DNA of 46,064 nucleotides from Candidatus Shapirobacteria bacterium (GTDB lineage Bacteria; Patescibacteriota; Microgenomatia; UBA12405): NCBI GenBank assembly GCA_903825325.1, contig CAIKAI010000044.1, positions 1 to 46,064 of the forward strand, read 5' to 3'. Shown piece by piece: positions 38,322 to 46,064 of this stretch (position 1 is its first letter; each line of letters starts with the position of its first letter). The notes under the pieces were generated by a model. It saw only the letters and a program-made list of their open reading frames with translations, ran no database searches and was not told where the DNA came from. The position numbers and the translations under genes were made by a program.

Positions 38322-41300
38322 AAATTTAAAAATCCAAAAACATCTTCTAAATTCTTTAACACGACATCTAATGCCGACTCGGCCACCGCCGGCGTCACTA
38401 CAATCAAATCTGCCGATTCTGCCTTATTTTTCGATTCATCATTGGACACAATTTGTAAATGATACGAATTTGTCGGCTGCAAATCCCGAATTACGACCAC
38501 ATGTTGTTTGGTTAAGCCGGTTTCCTCAGGTGTCGACAAGGGGTATTCTGTTCCTGTTCCCGGGCCATAAATTACCTGTGTTGTCGCTGGCTCATCCGTA
38601 TCCCACGAGACCACTACTTGGGCGGTACTGCTACTCCCCGATCCGCTCAACTGACTTTCCACAGTTACATTTGAAATCACCGGTGGCCGAGTATCTTTGC
38701 CGGTGACATAACGTATTGGTTCGGAAATCGCCACATTGCCATACTTATCCCGACCTTTTAATCGGAAAATATACATGCTGCCATCTTGTAATGCATCTGC
38801 CTTAATAATATGTGTCGTTGCCAATTGCGCCACCGCCAAATTTACCGGATCACCGGTCAAATTAACTTTGACTTGCGCCAATTGCTGCTGAGTTTGCTTA
38901 CTTAATTCTTCAAAATTGGGATTCACTCCATCAGCCGTGACAATTTCTGCTCGCTGATATTCCACTTCCGTGGTTGTTTCTACATTTGTCGCATAGGCCA
39001 CACTTATGGTCGTTCCTCCTGAATTTTGGTCGGTCTTCAAAACATAAGCCGTTACTTCCGGAAAAGTAATGGTATCAAAAGACATATCTTGCGAGGCAAT
39101 ATTATCCCCATCCGCCGTTTTACCCGACACCATAAAATGATATGTTGCCGAAAATTTCAAATCGGTCAAATGTGCCGTTTGCACATTTTCCCCGTTAGTT
39201 GTCGCCACTTCTACTGTCGTTCCATACTCGGTGGTGGTTCCGTAAGCAATTTGTGAGGTCGCCATGGTTCGAGTCTTCCAGGTAATTGTGGCACTATTTA
39301 AACTAACCTCCTCAATTTTGACATCGGAAATTTCCGCTGTTGCCAAAGTTGTAAAGGTATAATCGGCGCTATACGCTGCACTTCGGTCATAGCCCACCAA
39401 ACTTGAGTCGTCGAGTGACAGCACTCGATAATGATAAGTTTTCCCCGGTGCCAACCCGGTTAATTTAACAACATGATCTGAAGTTGAAGCGGTGTCACTG
39501 GCAGCCGATCCATAGCCGGTTGTTTCTCCGTATTCAACTGTCCCAAAAGCGGTTCGACTCGTCGCCCAGCGTACTGTCGCCGTGGTTGCTCCAGCGGCCG
39601 CACTCGGTACTCCTCCCGCCGATGGCGGTGAAGTAAATTTACCTTCGGCGGCTTTAAACACCGTGTTGGAAAATGAGCTTTCCGACCCGGCATCATCAAT
39701 TGCTTTAACTTTGTAATAATATGTTTTTGACTGCGCCAACGACCCATCGGTATAAGCCGTTCCTGTTACTGTCCCCACCTTAGCAAAGGTAATATTATCC
39801 GTCGACCTGTACAAATCAAAATGATCCACCGCCGCAATCGAAGTATCAGTTGATCCCACCGAAATATGATCCCACGCCAAAGTTAATCGCCATTTATTAC
39901 CATCCCGATCCGAGGCATCAGTAATCAATAAATTCGTCGGTGCTGCCGGAGCCAACGTTGCTGCATAAAAATCAGCCGATGAATAGGCACTATAATTCAC
40001 GTTCCCCTTCCCTGTTTCCGCATTAATGTTGTTATCTTCGGCTACAATATATATTGTATTTTTTCCCTGTTGGGTCGCCAAAGCTGCGTTCGTTAATTTT
40101 CTTAATACGGTTTCATCCCCTGTCGTTTCTGTCATTTTGCCTTCTGCTGGAGTGCAATTGACACAATAATAATATTTCGCAATTTCTCCGGCATATGTCG
40201 CCGGTTTATCCCAAGATACGGTAAATTTGTTCGTAGGGGCGGACCCATGTGTCCGCCCATCATCTGTTTCCGGAGTGATGGTTATGTTTTGCACCGCTGT
40301 CGGCGCACTTTGATTGTAATAATAAGCCGCCGTTCCCTGATTTGTTGTCGCCACCGATCGATTACCCGCCCGGTCCACCGCTCGGACATAGAATATATTT
40401 TGACCTTCAGTATAAGCCGCAATTCCCGACACCGTTGTCTCGGTAATATACGTCCACGACGACCCCACATCCCCAGTTTTATATTCATATCCCACAACCC
40501 CGGCCGAACCCACGTCTGTCGCCGTCGGCCAATAAAAGGTGAAATCATTATTGGCACTAAAGCCAATCGTGGTGGTCGACACTGAGGCCGGCGGTTGCGG
40601 ACTGTCTTTGTCAAAATAATACGTAAACAAAATTTGAGGCGCCGAGATGTTACCAGAATTGTCCTTAGTTTGGGTAATAAAATAGTAAGTTCCACTGCTA
40701 GTTAAACTACAACTAAATGTTCTGTCACTGTCGGTTTTCTCTCCGTAACAAGCGCTAGCCGCGTCTGACGCGGGTGTCGCCCCAATATCCTTGGTCACCT
40801 CCACATAATATTTGCTAATTCCCGACGCCGATTGTCCTGGCAAAGTAGTATCAATACCGGCGTTCCAACTAAAATATGGACTGACATAGTTGTACCAAGT
40901 CTGAGTTGTCAGGGGCACGGCTGACGTTGTTCCGTCCGACATTACGGTTACATCAGAAGTGGTTGGATTTAATGGTGCATTAGTATCTTCAATGTACGAA
41001 ACCACCATCCCTCCCAAACTCGGACTTTGACTTCGATCCGAATTAGCCGTCAAATCGGCTTTAAATTGCATATATCGCCGTGGATCAGAAGTAATACTGC
41101 TGCCAATCTGTGTCACCCAATCACTCCAAATTGCATTATCCGAACTCGTCCGAGTGTAATATGCCAACGACCCGCCCATTAAATTTTGCGTCCAATTTAT
41201 GGGACTAATACCCCAATTTCCGTTCGCTCCCAAATCGATTACGGGGCTCGTGTATGTCCCAGCTCCCACATATCTCGCCACCCCCTCATTCCCAGTCTGA

Positions 41301-44300
41301 TGTGTCATCAGTCCTTCGTTATACAAACTTGTCACCTCTGCATTGGTTAACACATTATCGTAGACTCTAAAATCTGATAGTGTGTTTCCATTATTTCCCG
41401 GGAAAACAATATTACTAATTGCAGATAATGATCCCCCATCGCTGGAGCTAAGTTGTCCGTCAATAAATATTTGTCTGCCACTCGGTCCCCAAGTCAATCC
41501 TATTTGATGCCAACCACTCCCACTCAACGCCGGCGTCCCCGACCATAAAATAGACCCATTATTTGTATACAATCTACCTGAATCACCACGCAAAGCAAAG
41601 GAATTACTCCCCAAAGAAAAAAATGTCTGATCAGTTAAATTAGGCTGAATTCCCCATTGTCTTTTAGCCCAAACAAAGACACTCCCCATACTCGTCCCAA
41701 TATTATTCGCCGATGGATAAGCCAAGGTTGTTGCCGTCCTTGAACTACTGCTATTATTCGCCGTTCCCGCCCACGTATACCCCGTTCCTAAACTTCCATC
41801 CGCATAAGTTGTTGCATAGGCTTTTTGTTCCATTTGCATTCCGTCAATATAAATTATTTTCCCGCCCTTTATTTGTATTCCCGCCGGCACAGTTTGCCCC
41901 AATCCTGTTACTGTCGAAGTTAATCTCCACCACCCGCCTCCGGCATCAGCATAAGCCGTTGTTTGCCCCACATTGGCATAAAATAATTGGGCTTGCGAAC
42001 TACCCACATCACCCCCCACATTTCCCGTCGTCCCATCATATACATACGCCGACAAAGTATAAGCCGAGCCCGATATTCCCGTCCCCATTGTCGCCGTATA
42101 TTCATCGGGTAATGTATTGCCAGTGTTATCAATTTTCACCGAATTACTCCCAAATTTAAAATACGGCACTGTCGTGTTTTGTGTCACCGATGAAGTGACA
42201 AAATTAGAAAATGTCGCGTCGTATTGAGAAGAGTTGGTTGTATCTGTCCCAAAATACGCTGTCGTTGGCACGTTACTAAATGCCGCCGACCCCATGTTCC
42301 CCGAAGCCAACACCACACCATTTACTTTAAATACTAGTTGTCCTCCCGTTTGATATGAAATCTCCACCAAATAGCTATTTCCCACGTCAAATGACGGATT
42401 GCTTCCTCCCAATCCAAAAGAATTATTAAATATCATCACATTAGTTCCGTTAAACCAAGCATCAACTCGAATTTGATTAGTCGAGCTTTTATACAACACC
42501 AAGTTATTATTACCTGTCCCACTCATCGAAAAAATATACGGATAGGAAAAGCCAAATTTGCTCGAATCTACCCAGTTCGTCCTCGGTGTAAATTTGAATT
42601 TAATCACCCCATTTGTCGCCGACAAACCAGTAATCGGTTGAGTGAGCGTATCCGCCCCATCGACTCTTATACCCGTACTTTCGGTGCTATTTGCCAAACT
42701 CGCCGGCGTCGCAGTTAACGACACATCGTCTAATCCAAATGCATAAGTATCATCAATATTTCCGATACTACTTCCACTTTGATCCACAAAATCTATCATT
42801 GCATTGGTGCCCGATTTTCCTCGACCAACACCATGATATTCCTTCCACGTAGCCCCACTTGCCGCCAATTTATATTCCACTGCAGTTCCATCATTCATGC
42901 CATACCATATTTGACGCATGGTCATTCGCAAATCACCCGAAGTTTCATTCATCCACGACCCAACAGCATAAAACTTTTTATCGACCAGTGCCGAAGTGCT
43001 GTATGTCATATACGCCGCTCCCGATTGTGCGTTGTATTTTAATGATCCAGCACCAGAATGCTTTATTGATGTATCAAATATACTTTTACCCGATACAAAA
43101 TTTGTGTTTACCCATCCGGTTGGTGTCCATGGATCGCCCGAACCAGTTTCAAAGGAAGAATTAGTTATTAAATTTCTATACACCTCCACCTGATGCCAAT
43201 AAACGGTGCTATTTGTCGGGCTAGCATTGACCGCTTTTACTCTAATTGTCGTACATCCCGCGGGTGCTTCTCCTGTAAACAGCAATACGTCCGGTGCGGT
43301 TCTTGTCGACGTTGTCGTTCCATAAACACTACCAATTTCATTGCCATTTGATTGATCATACAAAATTAATTGTGCCTGCGACACCCCATCACTGTTGGCA
43401 AAACCTCTAATCACCACATCTTGCCCGGCCGTCACCCCAATATCTTTATAAATTCCTCCCCATTGATCGGAAGTAACTGCATACCCTCCATTAAATATTT
43501 TTTGCCCGGCGTCCAGTGATAATCCTGTCGAGCTATTTTGCGTCATCGCCAAATTCATACTGTCGACATACACAGTTTTTCCGGCTTTAACTCGGACTCC
43601 ATAATTTTGTGGACCCGTTGTCCCCACCACTGTCGCCATCATCCGATACCAGCCACTCCCTACCGATGAAAATGATGTGCCAATTGCACTCGAACCATAA
43701 TAAAGTTGGACATCATTACTCGTCACTGTCGCCCCCGTTGAATAAACATACCCCGACAAATTATACGAATCCGTTGTCCCCACTGTTACCGATTGAATAA
43801 ATTTCGCATCATTGCCCGCGGCAATTAATTTCGCCGAGCCACTCCCCGCATATTTTGTCCCCGTATCATAACTTACCGTCAAATCTTCCGCTGGCATGCC
43901 ACTATATTCCCCTCCCGTTCCGCGGGCAAATATCGAGAAATTATCAAAAGTGTTGCCGGCATAAGTTGAGAATATTCCATGTCGGGTATTCGTATTCGCC
44001 GTCATCGTAAGTTCTGCCCCAACTAAGGCATTATTTAAATACACTCTTAATTTAGTTCCATCTTTAACGACTCTTAATTGTCCCGCACCCAGTGCTACCG
44101 ATGTGGTTTGTTTATTAGCATAAACCCCGTTCACCGCCTCATCTACATATAATTTTGTTCCATTGTGATAAACCAAAATAAAGTTACTTGGACTAGTATT
44201 GTTGTCTAAACCCAATACTAAACCGGCTTGTGTTCCCGTTGTCAATGAAATTCCTACATCCATAATCACATCTGCCGTTGTCGTTCCCACCGTGGAAAAT

Positions 44301-46063
44301 AATGAAGACAGCGTTAGTGGTAACATCGAAACATTGTCCACCGACATATTTGTTGTTGAAAAACCTCTCATTCCCACATTTGTAGTTGTCGCTCTATCCG
44401 AACAGAGATAAGAACCATTTCCACTGGCATATACATCTGGCGAAGCAGGACCTAACATAAAATCAGTTCCACCAGCCACATAGCTACTAATATCAAATCT
44501 ACATTGATACCAATTTCCAATTACACCTATAGGTTGCGTTAAATTATTATCACCCCCAGCAGTTTTAGTAACCACTCCACTTCCAAAAGACCAATTAGCA
44601 CCAATTGTCCACCCCACTCCAGATGACATATCACCATTTGTAATTAAATTACTTCCTAATGTTGGCACCACACTCATCGTTCCCCCGCTTTTATTGGCAT
44701 TCGTCCACACCAAGCTTGGGGCTGTTTGTCCATCAGGTCCGGTCGTTTCCGTCGCCGTCGTCCCCGCTGAGGTAAATGTATCATACGCCAAAGGACTGGG
44801 CAAAAATGTTGTCACTGGCACCCGTAGATAATCAGAGGTAAACACTGATGCTGTATTTCCGTGGATCGTTGGATATTCCGGCGACACTGCCCCCGAACTT
44901 TTTACCCACAACAAAGTCCAATTTGGATATTGTGTTCCACCTTTAACATAATAAAAAAGTCCATTAGTTCTCTGAACAAACGCTAATTTATATGATGACC
45001 CAGCCGTAAAAGTTCCCACACTATAGTTACTATTATTCTGGTCAACTACGAATTGCCCCGACCACAAATAAAAACCTTCTCCGATATATGTCCCTTGACT
45101 ACCAAAACCTATAGAATGGTTACTCCCAGAAGTAGGGGTAAATTCAGCCACCATCATTTTACCAAATTGCCTGGTCACTCCCGTTGAATAATCAATTCTT
45201 GGATCGCCGTCATTCAACCCCCCAGTCGCAAAATTCGCCACACTATTTCCTATAGTTAATGATCCAACGGCATTTTTAACTATTCTTCCGCTCACCCCAT
45301 CCGTCGCCGTTGTCCCATCCAAATTCGTGGTTATCAAAAAGTTGCTAAAGCTATTACCCGAATAAGTTGAGAACAATCCCTGTAATGAATTGTTCACAAT
45401 TCCGGCATCCGCAATATTTGTCTGTGATCCAATTTGGACATTGTTATATACCACGGTATAACTTGTCCCCACCTTCAACACTTTTAATGTTGCCCCGGGT
45501 ACATACGTTGCTGTCGTATTAATTAATGAGGTATATGTCCCCCCTACATCTTTTTCTAATTTGACATTTGTCCCATCGTGGTAGGCCAACACAAAATTTT
45601 GTGGGCTCGTATTATTATCCAAGTTTAGGACAATTCCCGCTTGTGTCCCCGCCGTCAAAGTTATCCCCACTGCCACAATTTTATTTGTCGTCGCTTCCGA
45701 AACGGTGGAGAAAAGAGAGGAAAGAGTTAAGGGTTTAAGTGACACATCATCAACATAACCAACACCCGTTCCAACATTAAATGATGGCGCAAACCCACTT
45801 GTACTCCGCCTCGCTGTTGCTACCACTTCCGTCCAAGTATTTAACGCTGAGATTGTCTTATTGGGCCAATAACCACCATATAATTCCTGGACTGAAATTG
45901 AACCGGAAGTAGGATATCCCCAAGCTGAAAAAGAATACCATGTATAATCAGTCCATACTTTGGGCATACTGATGGCAAATGAGCAGAGGATTGATGAGAG
46001 GTCACAGGAAGCTGGCTGGTGGTTATCAATATACAAAGATGTATAAACTCTGTGAAAGGGCAA
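38318..46063 (-). CDS. Giant surface/adhesin-like protein, 5'-partial (more than 2,581 aa), with lectin/CBM-like beta-sandwich repeats, a LamG-like domain, Fn3 domains and four C-terminal Fn3-like repeats of the purple-acid-phosphatase N-terminal type
   Basis: Track ORF open to the right edge; its TTG 'start' is simply the first complete codon. Duplicated modules ...LKPLTLSSLFSTV...TAGTQAGIVLNLDNNTSPQNFVLAYHDG... and ...MLPLTLSSLFSTV...TTGTQAGLVLGLDNNTSPSNFILVYHNG.... CBM-like NLITNSSFETGSGDPWTPTGW. LamG-like ...LSDFRVYDNVLTNAEVTSLYNEG. Fn3-like ...WDHISV...YYYKVKAIDDAGSES. Four repeats of the TVRWATSRTAFGTVEYGETTGYG...GKTYHYRV type at about 38390-39640. No signal peptide is seen, consistent with a missing N-terminus. 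Confidence 0.85.
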   Translation of the reverse strand: MPFHRVYTSLYIDNHQPASCDLSSILCSFAISMPKVWTDYTWYSFSAWGYPTSGSISVQELYGGYWPNKTISALNTWTEVVATARRSTSGFAPSFNVGTGVGYVDDVSLKPLTLSSLFSTVSEATTNKIVAVGITLTAGTQAGIVLNLDNNTSPQNFVLAYHDGTNVKLEKDVGGTYTSLINTTATYVPGATLKVLKVGTSYTVVYNNVQIGSQTNIADAGIVNNSLQGLFSTYSGNSFSNFLITTNLDGTTATDGVSGRIVKNAVGSLTIGNSVANFATGGLNDGDPRIDYSTGVTRQFGKMMVAEFTPTSGSNHSIGFGSQGTYIGEGFYLWSGQFVVDQNNSNYSVGTFTAGSSYKLAFVQRTNGLFYYVKGGTQYPNWTLLWVKSSGAVSPEYPTIHGNTASVFTSDYLRVPVTTFLPSPLAYDTFTSAGTTATETTGPDGQTAPSLVWTNANKSGGTMSVVPTLGSNLITNGDMSSGVGWTIGANWSFGSGVVTKTAGGDNNLTQPIGVIGNWYQCRFDISSYVAGGTDFMLGPASPDVYASGNGSYLCSDRATTTNVGMRGFSTTNMSVDNVSMLPLTLSSLFSTVGTTTADVIMDVGISLTTGTQAGLVLGLDNNTSPSNFILVYHNGTKLYVDEAVNGVYANKQTTSVALGAGQLRVVKDGTKLRVYLNNALVGAELTMTANTNTRHGIFSTYAGNTFDNFSIFARGTGGEYSGMPAEDLTVSYDTGTKYAGSGSAKLIAAGNDAKFIQSVTVGTTDSYNLSGYVYSTGATVTSNDVQLYYGSSAIGTSFSSVGSGWYRMMATVVGTTGPQNYGVRVKAGKTVYVDSMNLAMTQNSSTGLSLDAGQKIFNGGYAVTSDQWGGIYKDIGVTAGQDVVIRGFANSDGVSQAQLILYDQSNGNEIGSVYGTTTSTRTAPDVLLFTGEAPAGCTTIRVKAVNASPTNSTVYWHQVEVYRNLITNSSFETGSGDPWTPTGWVNTNFVSGKSIFDTSIKHSGAGSLKYNAQSGAAYMTYSTSALVDKKFYAVGSWMNETSGDLRMTMRQIWYGMNDGTAVEYKLAASGATWKEYHGVGRGKSGTNAMIDFVDQSGSSIGNIDDTYAFGLDDVSLTATPASLANSTESTGIRVDGADTLTQPITGLSATNGVIKFKFTPRTNWVDSSKFGFSYPYIFSMSGTGNNNLVLYKSSTNQIRVDAWFNGTNVMIFNNSFGLGGSNPSFDVGNSYLVEISYQTGGQLVFKVNGVVLASGNMGSAAFSNVPTTAYFGTDTTNSSQYDATFSNFVTSSVTQNTTVPYFKFGSNSVKIDNTGNTLPDEYTATMGTGISGSAYTLSAYVYDGTTGNVGGDVGSSQAQLFYANVGQTTAYADAGGGWWRLTSTVTGLGQTVPAGIQIKGGKIIYIDGMQMEQKAYATTYADGSLGTGYTWAGTANNSSSSRTATTLAYPSANNIGTSMGSVFVWAKRQWGIQPNLTDQTFFSLGSNSFALRGDSGRLYTNNGSILWSGTPALSGSGWHQIGLTWGPSGRQIFIDGQLSSSDGGSLSAISNIVFPGNNGNTLSDFRVYDNVLTNAEVTSLYNEGLMTHQTGNEGVARYVGAGTYTSPVIDLGANGNWGISPINWTQNLMGGSLAYYTRTSSDNAIWSDWVTQIGSSITSDPRRYMQFKADLTANSDRSQSPSLGGMVVSYIEDTNAPLNPTTSDVTVMSDGTTSAVPLTTQTWYNYVSPYFSWNAGIDTTLPGQSASGISKYYVEVTKDIGATPASDAASACYGEKTDSDRTFSCSLTSSGTYYFITQTKDNSGNISAPQILFTYYFDKDSPQPPASVSTTTIGFSANNDFTFYWPTATDVGSAGVVGYEYKTGDVGSSWTYITETTVSGIAAYTEGQNIFYVRAVDRAGNRSVATTNQGTAAYYYNQSAPTAVQNITITPETDDGRTHGSAPTNKFTVSWDKPATYAGEIAKYYYCVNCTPAEGKMTETTGDETVLRKLTNAALATQQGKNTIYIVAEDNNINAETGKGNVNYSAYSSADFYAATLAPAAPTNLLITDASDRDGNKWRLTLAWDHISVGSTDTSIAAVDHFDLYRSTDNITFAKVGTVTGTAYTDGSLAQSKTYYYKVKAIDDAGSESSFSNTVFKAAEGKFTSPPSAGGVPSAAAGATTATVRWATSRTAFGTVEYGETTGYGSAASDTASTSDHVVKLTGLAPGKTYHYRVLSLDDSSLVGYDRSAAYSADYTFTTLATAEISDVKIEEVSLNSATITWKTRTMATSQIAYGTTTEYGTTVEVATTNGENVQTAHLTDLKFSATYHFMVSGKTADGDNIASQDMSFDTITFPEVTAYVLKTDQNSGGTTISVAYATNVETTTEVEYQRAEIVTADGVNPNFEELSKQTQQQLAQVKVNLTGDPVNLAVAQLATTHIIKADALQDGSMYIFRLKGRDKYGNVAISEPIRYVTGKDTRPPVISNVTVESQLSGSGSSSTAQVVVSWDTDEPATTQVIYGPGTGTEYPLSTPEETGLTKQHVVVIRDLQPTNSYHLQIVSNDESKNKAESADLIVVTPAVAESALDVVLKNLEDVFGFLNL

Positions 46064-46064
46064 T

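Noticed and set aside
35738-42159. Overlapping alternative-frame track ORFs: 38059..38706 (+215 aa), 35738..36166 (+142 aa), 41713..42159 (+148 aa), 40282..40695 (-137 aa), 36442..36780 (+112 aa).
   Set aside because: They lie fully inside well-supported minus-strand genes (ABC ATPase, permease, second giant gene). They are Pro/Arg/Ser/His-rich shadow translations without motifs.
45965-45967. ATG at 45967 (MPKVWTDY...) as the true start of the second giant gene.
   Set aside because: The frame stays open to the window edge. The upstream residues align with the beginning of the duplicated beta-sandwich module seen later in the protein. A start here would give no signal peptide for an obviously extracellular protein. 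The gene was therefore treated as 5'-partial, though the internal start is not strictly excluded.
1-46064. The window as a prophage, plasmid or integrative element.
   Set aside because: No integrase, transposase, recombinase, capsid/terminase, relaxase or att-like repeats were seen. The housekeeping genes ruvC and murB sit between the two giant genes, which favours a chromosomal context.

Overview
46,064-bp AT-leaning bacterial chromosomal window read in the standard genetic code. It holds eight CDS, seven of them on the minus strand. The main feature is missing from the supplied ORF track. The minus-strand frame whose codon first positions fall on coordinates divisible by 3 is open from an in-frame TAA at 32214..32212 down to coordinate 1. 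That makes one gene of at least 10,727 codons (32.2 kb), starting near 32181, with its stop beyond the left edge. The track apparently needs an in-window stop codon, so 1-32,188 looks like an ORF desert covered by short antisense shadow ORFs. I translated about half of this frame codon by codon and read the rest more quickly. All domain calls rest on motifs recognised by eye; no HMM or database search was run. Order from N to C terminus (high to low coordinates): basic/hydrophobic membrane anchor; Ala-rich tract; 3 Cys-containing repeats; 8 paired-Cys loops; a Gly/Ala-rich hydrophobic segment; about 850 aa of coiled-coil-like repeats; an SF2/SecA-DEAD-like ATPase; helical repeats with a perfect 45-nt tandem repeat; HExxH module A; a PI3/4-kinase-like domain; HExxH module B; two tandemly duplicated modules of about 900 aa, each ending in a complete Hanks-type Ser/Thr kinase; a VanY-like (M15) D-Ala-D-Ala peptidase domain; then more sequence running off the window. 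A conserved linker of about 160 aa carrying CSPGFxSC occurs three times at module boundaries. Upstream on the same strand lie a metallophosphoesterase, ruvC (ATGA-coupled to it) and a SIMPL-like gene whose stop is 8 nt from the giant start. murB sits on the plus strand, convergent with a MacB/FtsX-type ABC permease. A second giant gene (5'-partial, more than 2,581 aa, lectin/CBM/Fn3-type surface protein) is ATGA-coupled to the ABC ATPase and permease. The two giant genes occupy about 87% of the window. Small-scale features: a GGAACGGTTTnAAACCGTTCC palindromic element in three copies, one in-frame inside a CDS; a 33-nt direct repeat inside murB; and a 13-mer present three times. No rRNA, tRNA, CRISPR, transposase or integrase was found. 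A CPR/Patescibacteria-like or other small-genome host is only a guess from gene style.
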